A stretch of 34,726 nt of DNA, taken from the NCBI GenBank assembly GCA_010365175.1, contig JAAFGW010000001.1, forward strand, positions 1 through 34,726. The letters run 5' to 3'. This DNA comes from Sulfuriferula multivorans (GTDB lineage: Bacteria; Pseudomonadota; Gammaproteobacteria; Burkholderiales; Thiobacillaceae). Both the position numbers and the translations under genes were made by a program. The notes under the pieces are model-generated. The model did not search any database. It was not told the origin of the DNA and was given only the letters and a program-made list of their open reading frames with translations. Positions 1-8,365 of this stretch are shown one piece after another. Position 1 is the stretch's first letter, and the number at the start of each line of letters is the position of its first letter.

Positions 1-353
1 TCATCCAGAACATACCTTGCCTTGATAAAAAGCGAGGGGGTTGCGGCCAGCGTTTCAACGCTACGCGTGACCCGCCACACTGTGAATTGACCCTGTTTCA
101 GAATCTGCGGGTCGGGGCTGACCGTATTCAGTTCCACGACGCAGTAGGCGTCGTGCTCCTGCACACTGTTGCGCGGCACAATTTCGCCATATTGCAGCCG
201 CACGGTGGCGGCATCCGCTGGAATCGTCAACGGCTGATCAAGCCGCACCACCCACCCGGTCTGGTAGGCGAAATAAGGCGACGCCGGATTGGGGGATTCG
301 AGTGACCGACATCCACCCAATAACAATACAAGCCCGATCAGAACTGTCTTCAT
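1..353 (-). CDS. Putative lipoprotein, partial (runs off the window edge)
   Basis: Not in ORF track. ATG at 353 preceded by GGGGGTGA; open to base 1: MKTVLIGLVLLLGGCRSLESPNPASPYFAYQTGWVVRLDQPLTIPADAATVRLQYG...; lipobox LGGC; starts 33 nt after the RND stop. Confidence 0.8.
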   Translation of the reverse strand, partial: MKTVLIGLVLLLGGCRSLESPNPASPYFAYQTGWVVRLDQPLTIPADAATVRLQYGEIVPRNSVQEHDAYCVVELNTVSPDPQILKQGQFTVWRVTRSVETLAATPSLFIKARYVLD

Positions 354-386
354 TTCACCCCCATCCGGCTTTCCATCCGCAGATAA

Positions 387-3300
387 CTAACGCAGTTTCA
401 CTCTGAACCAGGCTGCATACAACGCGGGCAGGAAAAACAGGGTGAGAAAGGTCGCCGCGACCAGTCCGCCCATCACCGCGACCGCCATCGGACCCCAGAA
501 AATCGAACGCGATAGCGGAATCATAGCCAATGCAGCAGCAGCTGCCGTCAGCGTGATTGGACGCATTCGCCGTACTGTGGACTCGATGATGGCATCCCAC
601 TGCGACAGTCCCCGGGCAACATCCTGCTGAATCTGGTCAACCAGTATCACTGAGTTGCGCATGACCATACCGGCCAGCGAGATGATGCCAAGCAACGCGA
701 CAAAGCCCATCGGTTTTCCGCTCACCAGCAATGCAACAGCCACGCCGATGATGCCGAGCGGTGCGGTTAAAACCACCAGTACAGCGCGTGAAAAACTTCC
801 CAATTGCAGCATCAGCAAGCTCAGGGTAGTGATCACAATCAGCGGCCATGATGCGCCAATGGCGGCATTGGCTTTGGCGCTGCTCTCCACCGGGCCGCCC
901 ACTTCAAGCCGGAACCCATGCGGCAGCTGCGCCTTGAATTGGGCCACCTGCGGCGCCAGTGCATCAATAATCGTAGCCGGCTGGAGATTGCCTACCGGGT
1001 CACCGCGCACCGCGATGGTCGGCATGCGATCGCGGTGCCAGATCACGCCGTCTTCAAACGCCGGTTTGAAGACGGCGATTTGACCCAGCGTGATGCTCCG
1101 ACCATTGAAGCTTCCAATCGGCAAAGACTGCAGTGCATCCACCTCTTGATTTTCCTTGCGTGGAGCGCGCAGCACGACTTCGATCAGCAAGTCATCCTCA
1201 CGAAACTGGGTGACGGTCACACCCGCCAACTGCATCGCCAGTAAGCGCCCCACCGCAGCTGAGCTCAGACCAAACGACTTGATCTTATCCTGGTCGAGCA
1301 GCACCTTGACCGATAGAGACTGTTCGTTCCAATCCAGATTGACTGCAGTGACCTGCGTATTGGCAGCGACGATTTTGCGTAACTTTTCAGCTTCCACCTT
1401 CAACTGCGGCACATCGGTAGACGAGAGCCGGTATTGCACCGGATAGCCCGCTGGCGGACCATACTCAAACCGGACAGCGCGTCCGCGCACATTTGGGAAA
1501 TCAGTCTCAAACAATTTGCGGATACGGGCGATTTCACGCTCGCGCGCCGGTACATCCTGTGCAATCACCACCAGTTGTGCAAAGTTTCGGTTGTTCAACC
1601 GTTGATCCAGCGCCAACACAAAACGCGGCGCACCCTGACCAATATAGTTGAGCACATGCGCGACATCCCGATCTTTGCGCAACACACTTTCAAGCTTGAT
1701 CGATTCAGCGCGGGTGGCATCAATCGACGCACCTTCCGGCAACCACATTTCTACCAGTATCTCCAGCCGGTCGGACTGTGGAAAGAATTGTTTCTCGACC
1801 CGCTGCATCGCAGCCAGGCCGACAACCAACGCCAGCACGGTTAATGTAATCACGATACGGCGATGGGTCACACACCAGGTCACCACAGCCCGAAACCGAC
1901 GGTAAAACGAAGTTTGGTAGGTGGCGTCTTCATCCGTCTCCTGACGGCCGGGCTTGAGCAGGATATAACCCAGATAGGGCGTCACCGTCACAGCCACCAG
2001 CCAGGATGAAAGTAATGCAATGGTCGTGACCGCAAAAATGGCGAAGGTGTATTCACCGACCATTGATTTGGCGAGCGCGATGGGCAGGAAGGCTGTCGCA
2101 GTCAGCAGGGTCCCGGTCAACATTGGAAATGCGGTGGACTGGAAGGCATAGGTGGCTGCTTCATAGCGCCCCCAGCCAGCCTCGAGCTTATGCGCCATCA
2201 TTTCCACCGCGATGATGGCGTCATCGACCAGCAACCCCAGTGAAATGATGAGTGCGCCGGTAGAAATGCGATGCAGGTCGATCTTGAACAGCCACATGGC
2301 GGTGAACGTAATGGCGAGCACCACTGGAATCGAAAGCATCACGACCAACCCGGCACGCCATTTCAACGCCAGGAACGTCACCACCAGCACAATGATCACC
2401 GCTTCGAGAAAGCTCGTCATGAAGAGGTTGACTGCACTGCTTACAATCCGTGGCTGGTCGTGGATCTGCTGGATTTCAAGCCCTATCGGGAAGTTCTTTT
2501 TCAGTGATTCCATGGCCGCCGAAACGGCATGCCCCATGGCAATGACATCCCCGCCTTTTGCCAGCGACACCCCCAGCAAAACTGCAGGCGCACCCTGCGA
2601 GCGTATGGAAGTCGAAGGCGGGTCCTCGTATCCTCGTGTGACCTCGGCAAAGTCGCCCAGACGAAGACTTTTTTCACCTACCTTGATGAGGGTCTCGCGC
2701 AAGCGCTCAACATCGGAATAGGGCCCCGATACATGCAGGGGAATCGACAACACATCATTCTCCACCCGCCCATTGGCGACGATGCCGTTCTGGTCTTGCA
2801 CCGCCTGCATCAGCTGCTGCGGGCTGAAGTCCAGCGTGGCAAGCTTTTGCGCTGATATCTCAATGTATATTTTTTCCGGTACCACCCCAAACAACTCGAC
2901 TTTTCCGACATCGGGCAGACGCAACACTTCGCGTAAGACATCATCGGCAGCACGCCGCAATTCCGCCCGGCTAAACCCCTCACCGGTGAACGCGTAGATC
3001 GAACCAAAGGTGTCACCGAATTCATCATTGAAAAACGGCCCTTGTACCCCGGCAGGCAACTGCGGTTTCAGATCACCAATACGTTTGCGAACCTGATACC
3101 AGGCTTCAGCCACGTCGTCCCCCCGTACGGCCTCCTTGATATTGACGAACAGCGCTGTTTCGCCAGGCTTGGCGTAACTGAGCACAAAATCGAGCTCGGG
3201 CATTTCCTGCAGCTTTTTCTCAATCCGCTCGGTCAGCTGTTTGGACACCTCCTCCGCTGTCGCGCCTGGCCAGTTCGCCTGGATCAACATGGTTTTGAAG

Positions 3301-3473
3301 GTAAACGGCGGGTCTTCTGCCTGACCCAGTTGAAAATAGGACCGCGCACCCACCAACAAGATCAGAACAATAAAAAATCGCACCAGCGCGGAATGATCGA
3401 CCGCCCAACGCGACAGATTGCCGCGTCCGGGTGTGAACTTTGGCGTGGGTTTGAGGGGCTGTGGATCACTCAT
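387..3473 (-). CDS. RND efflux permease (AcrB/AcrD/AcrF family, MexK/TriC-like)
   Basis: 1028 aa; NLSRWA N-terminus, WPGATAEEV, GPFFNDEFGD, TM4 GLLVDDAII, RMRPITLT; two TM blocks separated by periplasmic domains. Confidence 0.95.
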   Translation of the reverse strand: MSDPQPLKPTPKFTPGRGNLSRWAVDHSALVRFFIVLILLVGARSYFQLGQAEDPPFTFKTMLIQANWPGATAEEVSKQLTERIEKKLQEMPELDFVLSYAKPGETALFVNIKEAVRGDDVAEAWYQVRKRIGDLKPQLPAGVQGPFFNDEFGDTFGSIYAFTGEGFSRAELRRAADDVLREVLRLPDVGKVELFGVVPEKIYIEISAQKLATLDFSPQQLMQAVQDQNGIVANGRVENDVLSIPLHVSGPYSDVERLRETLIKVGEKSLRLGDFAEVTRGYEDPPSTSIRSQGAPAVLLGVSLAKGGDVIAMGHAVSAAMESLKKNFPIGLEIQQIHDQPRIVSSAVNLFMTSFLEAVIIVLVVTFLALKWRAGLVVMLSIPVVLAITFTAMWLFKIDLHRISTGALIISLGLLVDDAIIAVEMMAHKLEAGWGRYEAATYAFQSTAFPMLTGTLLTATAFLPIALAKSMVGEYTFAIFAVTTIALLSSWLVAVTVTPYLGYILLKPGRQETDEDATYQTSFYRRFRAVVTWCVTHRRIVITLTVLALVVGLAAMQRVEKQFFPQSDRLEILVEMWLPEGASIDATRAESIKLESVLRKDRDVAHVLNYIGQGAPRFVLALDQRLNNRNFAQLVVIAQDVPAREREIARIRKLFETDFPNVRGRAVRFEYGPPAGYPVQYRLSSTDVPQLKVEAEKLRKIVAANTQVTAVNLDWNEQSLSVKVLLDQDKIKSFGLSSAAVGRLLAMQLAGVTVTQFREDDLLIEVVLRAPRKENQEVDALQSLPIGSFNGRSITLGQIAVFKPAFEDGVIWHRDRMPTIAVRGDPVGNLQPATIIDALAPQVAQFKAQLPHGFRLEVGGPVESSAKANAAIGASWPLIVITTLSLLMLQLGSFSRAVLVVLTAPLGIIGVAVALLVSGKPMGFVALLGIISLAGMVMRNSVILVDQIQQDVARGLSQWDAIIESTVRRMRPITLTAAAAALAMIPLSRSIFWGPMAVAVMGGLVAATFLTLFFLPALYAAWFRVKLR

Positions 3474-4537
3474 GGTTGCGGAAGCCGTACCTGCTGGCCA
3501 GGTGCAATTTTATGCACCCCGGCAGTCACCACCCATTCGCCTGCCTTGAGGCCCGAGACCACCCCAGCCCGATCGCCGCTGAGTGCGCCCAATTGCACGC
3601 TGCGCGCAGCCACTATTTTCTTGACGGGATCAACCACCCACACTTGCGGCTGGCCGTTAATTTTGAACAAGGCGGTCTGCGCGACCGACAAACCCGCTGC
3701 GACCTCACTGCTCACCTCAACGGTTGCGGTCATGCCCAGCTTCACCCCGGCATCTGGCTTGATAATGCTTACGCGGGCACTGTAGGTTCGACTTCCTGCA
3801 TCGGCCATCGGGGACAATTCACGCAAGCGTCCGGCGTAAGTCACGTCAGGTGCCGACCACAAACGAATGGTCAGATTTTGTGCGGAACGCAGCAAAGAAA
3901 GTGCATTTTCCGGCACGTCAATATGCACCTCCCGCTCACCCGAACGCGCCAACTGTGCCACTGGCTGACCGGCTCCCACCACCTGCCCGGCCTCGAATGA
4001 AATCGCCGTCACCACCCCGGCGTGCGGTGCGGTCAAACGCGTATAGCTTTGTTGATTGCCCTGGCGTTGCGCCTCGGCGCGCAGCTGGCTTACCTTGGCA
4101 GCGGCAGCGGCAGCCACTGTGCTGTGCCGATCGAGCTCCGCCGGGGAAATGAAGTTTTGCGCACGTAATACAGAAAACCGCTGCAAGTCCTGCTGTGCCA
4201 GTCGGGCCTCGGCCTCGGCAGCCGTGAGCTGCGCCCGCGCTGCGTTCGCCACCAGTGCGTAATCCTGGGGATCAAGTGTGGCCAGCACTTGGCCGGCGTT
4301 AACTTGCGTTCCGGCCTCCACCAAACGCGTTTGCACTCTGCCAGCCACACGAAAAGCAAGACTGGTTTCATAACGGGCGCGCACTTCACCGGAATAACGC
4401 GTGCTCGAATGATCGGTGAGCATTCCGACCCGCTCAGCATGGACGGGCCGAATATCTGCAGGAGGAGCGGGCGTGGTTTCACGGCCACAAGCGGCCAGCA
4501 ATGCCAATAAGGCTGATAGCATCAAGACGGTTTTCAT
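3470..4537 (-). CDS. RND periplasmic adaptor (membrane fusion lipoprotein)
   Basis: MKTVLMLSALLALLAAC lipobox; LAFRVAGRV, LTAPHAGVV, GLKAGEWVVTAG motifs; ATGA overlap with permease. In-frame alternative ATG at 4555. Confidence 0.95.
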   Translation of the reverse strand: MKTVLMLSALLALLAACGRETTPAPPADIRPVHAERVGMLTDHSSTRYSGEVRARYETSLAFRVAGRVQTRLVEAGTQVNAGQVLATLDPQDYALVANAARAQLTAAEAEARLAQQDLQRFSVLRAQNFISPAELDRHSTVAAAAAAKVSQLRAEAQRQGNQQSYTRLTAPHAGVVTAISFEAGQVVGAGQPVAQLARSGEREVHIDVPENALSLLRSAQNLTIRLWSAPDVTYAGRLRELSPMADAGSRTYSARVSIIKPDAGVKLGMTATVEVSSEVAAGLSVAQTALFKINGQPQVWVVDPVKKIVAARSVQLGALSGDRAGVVSGLKAGEWVVTAGVHKIAPGQQVRLPQP

Positions 4538-4559
4538 CCTCGGATTATCGCCCATCCTT

Positions 4560-4716
4560 GGCTATCCCTCATTTTTCGGGCTGGATGCTCAAAATTCGGT
4601 CGGTAGAGGGTGATCAACATGGACCCACCTGCAACCCGCACCGTTGCGGACGGGCTTAAAGTGCCGCCCAGCATGGATCTACAGCAGGGGGTGCCGATAA
4701 TGGGTCCGGGGGGTTA
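4560..4716 (-). mobile_element. Structured non-coding segment, possible orphan IS110-family non-coding end without transposase
   Basis: Nested pairings GGACCCA 4621-4627/TGGGTCC 4701-4707, CCTGC 4628-4632/GCAGG 4684-4688, CCGCA/TGCGG 4636-4649, GGGC/GCCC 4652-4669. IS110 resemblance is from memory of GTAGATC...GGCGGCACTTTAAGCCC-type leaders and is unverified. Confidence 0.35.
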
Positions 4717-4849
4717 TGATGTGCGGTTTAGTTACTGGGCATAGACCTTAACTTCCTTGCGTTTTTCCACGCCTGACCTGAATCTGATTGTTTGGTTTAG
4801 TGCACGATAAACAGTATTAGATAGATATAGAGACACTTGGAGTCCTCCG

Positions 4850-5269
4850 ATGCCGACCACAGCCAAACCGATCACTGAAGCCGCGCTGCTAAAAATGCCG
4901 GCCTCGGCCTATATGAATGCAGCCCAGCTCGCATTTTTTCGCGTACGTCTGGAAACCCTGCGCGACGAAATGCTCAGTAATGCCGCAGACACGGGCGCTA
5001 CGCTGAAAGAAAACGAAAACTTTGCCGATCCCAACGATCGCGCCACGGTTGAAGAAGAACATATGCTGGAACAGCGCGTGCGCGACCGCGAACGCAAGCT
5101 GCTTAAAAAAATCAACACCGCATTGACGCGTGTCGACAGCGGCGAATACGGCTGGTGCCTGGAAACTGGAGAGCCCATTGGCTTGGCCAGATTGATGGCG
5201 CGACCCACCGCCGAATTTTCCATCGAGGCGCAGGAACGCCACGAAAAACTGGAAAAAATGCGCGCCTGA
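4850..5269 (+). CDS. dksA: RNA polymerase-binding protein DksA, one-Cys (Zn-finger-less) type
   Basis: YMNAAQLAFF start, coiled-coil tip DPNDRA (DxxDxA), RDRERKLLKKI, YGWCLETGEPIGLARLMARPTAEFSIEAQ; SD GGAG upstream. Confidence 0.95.
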   Translation: MPTTAKPITEAALLKMPASAYMNAAQLAFFRVRLETLRDEMLSNAADTGATLKENENFADPNDRATVEEEHMLEQRVRDRERKLLKKINTALTRVDSGEYGWCLETGEPIGLARLMARPTAEFSIEAQERHEKLEKMRA

Positions 5270-5290
5270 TCTCCGCGCACCCTGCCTGAA

Positions 5291-6427
5291 ATGGACGCAC
5301 CACAAGGGCACACCGATCCACTACGCGCTAAAACGCGTGTGGAATCGTATGTACCTCTTCCAATCACACTGCTGACCGGATTCCTGGGAAGCGGCAAAAC
5401 CACCGTCCTGAACCACCTCGTTCGCACTCTGCCGCGCACGGCCATTCTGATGAATGAGTTTGGCGAAGTGGCGCTCGATCATCAGTTATTGCAAAAAATG
5501 GAAGGGCCGATGGCGCTGCTCTCGGGCGGCTGTGTCTGCTGCACGATTTCGGGCAGCCTGTCGCCCACCTTGAAAAACCTGTGGATGGCGCGGCAGAAGG
5601 GCGACATCCCCGCGTTCGAACGCGTCATCATTGAAGCCACCGGCGTGGCCGACCCGGTCCCTGTGCTCGATAACCTGCTGCACGACAACTGGGTGCGCGC
5701 ACGATACCGACTCGATGGCGTGGTCACCACCGTCGATGCCGTATTTGGCATGAGCCAGCTGGACGAGCACTTCGAGGCAGTCAAGCAAGTCGCGGTGGCC
5801 GACAAGCTGTTACTAACCAAGACCGACCTCGCGCCCGCTGAGGCGGTTACCGCCCTGCGTGAGCGACTCGCCACCCTGAACCCGGCCGCCGATATCCTTA
5901 CGGTGACGAACGGTGAAGTCGCCCCCGCAGCGATCCAGAACCTGGGCCTGTGGAATGCCGAAACCCATTCGATCGAAGTGGTGCGTTGGCTGAAGCAGGC
6001 GCGCTATAAGCCCGCCCGCGGCGGAAAGCTTGGCCAGCCCGCCAGCGCCGGCAAGCTTGGCGGAAAGCCTCAAACCGAATGTCACGACACGCGCATCCAG
6101 GCCTTCTCAGTGATGCTCGACGCGCCGCTCGATCGCTACGGCCTGCAGTCGGCGCTCAACATGCTCACATCGTTTCGCGCCGAAAACCTGCTGCGCTTCA
6201 AGGCGATCGTCAATGTGCAGGATGAGGCCCTGCCAGTAGTGCTGCACGGCATCCAGCACGTGCTGTATCCCGAAGTCCAGCTCGATGCTTGGCCAGACGA
6301 TGACCACCGCAGCCGCTTCGTCTTCATCGTGCGCGATCTCGACCCTGAATTCGTCGCCAAATTGCTGGCAGACTTTACCGGCGCGGCACGCGGCCAAGTT
6401 GCAGCGGACACACAGAACCCATCATGA
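5291..6427 (+). CDS. COG0523/CobW-family G3E metallochaperone GTPase
   Basis: Walker A GFLGSGKT, NEFGE, GCVCC (CxCC), IEATG, TKTD, CobW_C-like LRFKAIV...SRFVFI. Start uncertain. Confidence 0.93.
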   Translation: MDAPQGHTDPLRAKTRVESYVPLPITLLTGFLGSGKTTVLNHLVRTLPRTAILMNEFGEVALDHQLLQKMEGPMALLSGGCVCCTISGSLSPTLKNLWMARQKGDIPAFERVIIEATGVADPVPVLDNLLHDNWVRARYRLDGVVTTVDAVFGMSQLDEHFEAVKQVAVADKLLLTKTDLAPAEAVTALRERLATLNPAADILTVTNGEVAPAAIQNLGLWNAETHSIEVVRWLKQARYKPARGGKLGQPASAGKLGGKPQTECHDTRIQAFSVMLDAPLDRYGLQSALNMLTSFRAENLLRFKAIVNVQDEALPVVLHGIQHVLYPEVQLDAWPDDDHRSRFVFIVRDLDPEFVAKLLADFTGAARGQVAADTQNPS

Positions 6428-6660
6428 ATCTGGCGCAGCGGATTTTCATCGGTGCCATACGCGTCTACCAACTCGTGCTTTCGCCCTGGCTGGGTCGCCA
6501 GTGTCGCTATCTGCCCACCTGCTCGGAATACGGCAAGGAAGCCATCGAAAAGCACGGCGCACTCAAGGGTGGTTGGCTGGCGGCAAAACGCATCGGCCGC
6601 TGCCGTCCCGGCTGCGCTCATGGCTACGATCCGGTTCCCCCGGTTGAACCGCTCAAGTAA
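6424..6660 (+). CDS. yidD: Membrane protein insertion efficiency factor YidD homologue
   Basis: YQLVLSPWLGRQCRYLPTCSEY...HGALKGGWLAAKRIGRCRP...GYDPVP; ATGA overlap with the GTPase. Confidence 0.92.
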   Translation: MNLAQRIFIGAIRVYQLVLSPWLGRQCRYLPTCSEYGKEAIEKHGALKGGWLAAKRIGRCRPGCAHGYDPVPPVEPLK

Positions 6661-6670
6661 AATCCCGCCC

Positions 6671-6967
6671 ATGCTGTCGCGTCGTCTGCTTCCCTGGTTG
6701 TTTGCACTGGCTCTCATGTTGGGTCAGGCGGCGGCGTTCGCGCACGCCCTCACCCACCTTCACACCGACGACTCCACGCTGCACGACAAGGTCTGTGAGG
6801 TCTGTGTCGCGCAAGCACAACTGGGCGGAGGCGTTCCCCCCAGCGTACACATTCTGGCGATCCCATCGGGCGACCCTGTCGTTTCCCGCTACACGGCACG
6901 ATTGCGCGTCGATCTTGCGCCTCTTCCTGCCTGCGCCCGCGCACCGCCCACCCCGCTCAATTCCTGA
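6671..6967 (+). CDS. DUF2946-like exported CxxC/RAPP peptide (CruR/CutF-type upstream ORF), 98 aa
   Basis: C-terminal part of ORF 6452..6967 from ATG 6671: signal-like N-terminus (MLSRRLLPWLFALALMLGQAAAFA), His-rich HALTHLH, CEVC, C-terminal ARAPP. Confidence 0.82.
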   Translation: MLSRRLLPWLFALALMLGQAAAFAHALTHLHTDDSTLHDKVCEVCVAQAQLGGGVPPSVHILAIPSGDPVVSRYTARLRVDLAPLPACARAPPTPLNS

Positions 6968-7017
6968 ATCCTCCCGGCGCTGACGCGTCACGCCGGCGTT
7001 CATTGCTATTGACGGAG
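6953..7017 (+). promoter_or_regulatory. Stem-loop overlapping the SD of the outer-membrane protein gene
   Basis: CCG(C)TCAAT 6953-6961 pairs with ATTGACGG 7008-7015 (SD GGAG 7014-7017); inner hairpin CCGGCG(C)TGAC-GC-GTCACGCCGG 6974-6996. Confidence 0.55.
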
Positions 7018-7024
7018 TGAAATC

Positions 7025-8356
7025 ATGTTACGTACCTCTTTGCTGGTGGCCGCGCTCGCGGCTGCCTTTCCGGCTGTTGCCGACACAGACCTCAATGCCC
7101 TGCGTGCTGAGATCCAAGCCTTGAAAACCAACTACGAGGCGCGCATCCTGGCACTGGAAACGCGCCTGGAGCAAACTGCAAACGCCCCACCCGCGGTCTT
7201 GCCCGCCGCCGATTCCGTCTCGCCACCGCAGTCTGCCGGCAACCGTTTCAACCCGGACATCTCACTCATCCTCCAGGGCGGCTATGCACGTCTTGGCGAC
7301 GGCAACGAGCATCGCATCACCGGGTTCATGCCTTCAACGCACGACAACAGCCCAACGCGTGGCTTCTCGCTCAGCGGGACGGAACTGGTGATGTCGACCA
7401 GTATTGACCCCTACTTCCGTGGCTACCTGACCCTGGCGTTACAGGATGAGAAAGCTGACATTGAAGAGGCCTGGTTCCAGACCAGCAGCCTCGGCAACGG
7501 TTTTTCACTCAAGGGGGGGCGCTTTCGGTCCGGCCTTGGGTACCAGAACGAGAAACATCCTCACGCCTGGGACTTTGCCGACAATACCCTGATGTACCGC
7601 GCGCTCTTCGGCGAGGCCTACGGCAACGACGGCCTGCAACTGAAGTGGGTGGCGCCGACCGATTTGTTCATGGAATTCGGTGCCGAAGCCGGCCGCGGCG
7701 CGGGCTTTCCCGGCACCGACCGCAATCAAAATGGCGCGGGCAGCGTTGCGCTGTTCGGCCACCTCGGCGGCGATGTCGGCGCCTCGCACAGTTGGCGCGG
7801 GGGACTGTCGTATCTTCAAACCCGTGCCCACGAGCGCGAAGCCCATCTTGAAGATCTGAACGCGGTGGAAGCCACCACCCTGTTCTCTGGCAAGAGCAAA
7901 ACATGGGTGGCGGACTTTGTCTGGAAATGGGCGCCAGAAGGCAATGCCAGCGAGCGGAATTTCAAATTTTCGACTGAGTATTTCCGTCGCGGAGAATCCG
8001 GGCTGTTGTCATGCGAAGATGGGCTGTGCGGCCTGAGTTCCGATGGCGATTACAAAGCCACGCAATCGGGTTACTACGCACAAGGCGTGTACCAGTTCAT
8101 GCCGCGCTGGCGCACTGGCTACCGTTACGACCGGCTGAACACGGATTCGGTCGATTTCGGTACCAACAACGCCTTTCTCCCCATTGCGAGCTATAGCCCG
8201 ATCCGTCATTCCCTGATGATCGACTATTCGCCGTCCGAGTTTTCCCGCCTGCGACTGCAATATTCAAAAGACAAGTCCATGCAAGGTCTCGCCGAAAACC
8301 AGTGGTTAGTGCAATACGTCCACAGCCTCGGCAGCCACGGCGCGCACACTTTCTAA
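7025..8356 (+). CDS. Outer-membrane beta-barrel metal uptake protein (zinc-regulated receptor/porin-like)
   Basis: Signal peptide, N-terminal coiled coil, FNPDISLIL, IDPYF, EEAW, NEKHPHAWDF, PSEFSRLRLQY, C-terminal GSHGAHTF; upstream of ZnuA/ZnuB-like genes. Confidence 0.8.
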   Translation: MLRTSLLVAALAAAFPAVADTDLNALRAEIQALKTNYEARILALETRLEQTANAPPAVLPAADSVSPPQSAGNRFNPDISLILQGGYARLGDGNEHRITGFMPSTHDNSPTRGFSLSGTELVMSTSIDPYFRGYLTLALQDEKADIEEAWFQTSSLGNGFSLKGGRFRSGLGYQNEKHPHAWDFADNTLMYRALFGEAYGNDGLQLKWVAPTDLFMEFGAEAGRGAGFPGTDRNQNGAGSVALFGHLGGDVGASHSWRGGLSYLQTRAHEREAHLEDLNAVEATTLFSGKSKTWVADFVWKWAPEGNASERNFKFSTEYFRRGESGLLSCEDGLCGLSSDGDYKATQSGYYAQGVYQFMPRWRTGYRYDRLNTDSVDFGTNNAFLPIASYSPIRHSLMIDYSPSEFSRLRLQYSKDKSMQGLAENQWLVQYVHSLGSHGAHTF

Positions 8357-8365
8357 GGAAACGAC

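Noticed and set aside
4600-4716. Known riboswitch, SRP RNA, 6S RNA or tRNA
   Set aside because: No cobalamin, TPP, SAH, ZTP, SRP or cloverleaf signature recognised; kept only as an unidentified structured element.
4740-4849. Zur box upstream of dksA
   Set aside because: AT-rich, but no convincing match to the GAAATGTTATA-N-TATAACATTTC palindrome by eye.
6020-6070. GKLG duplication in the COG0523 linker
   Set aside because: Short local duplication in a variable linker; no evidence of function.
6452-6670. N-terminal extension of ORF 6452..6967
   Set aside because: Overlaps yidD out of frame; the signal peptide begins at ATG 6671.
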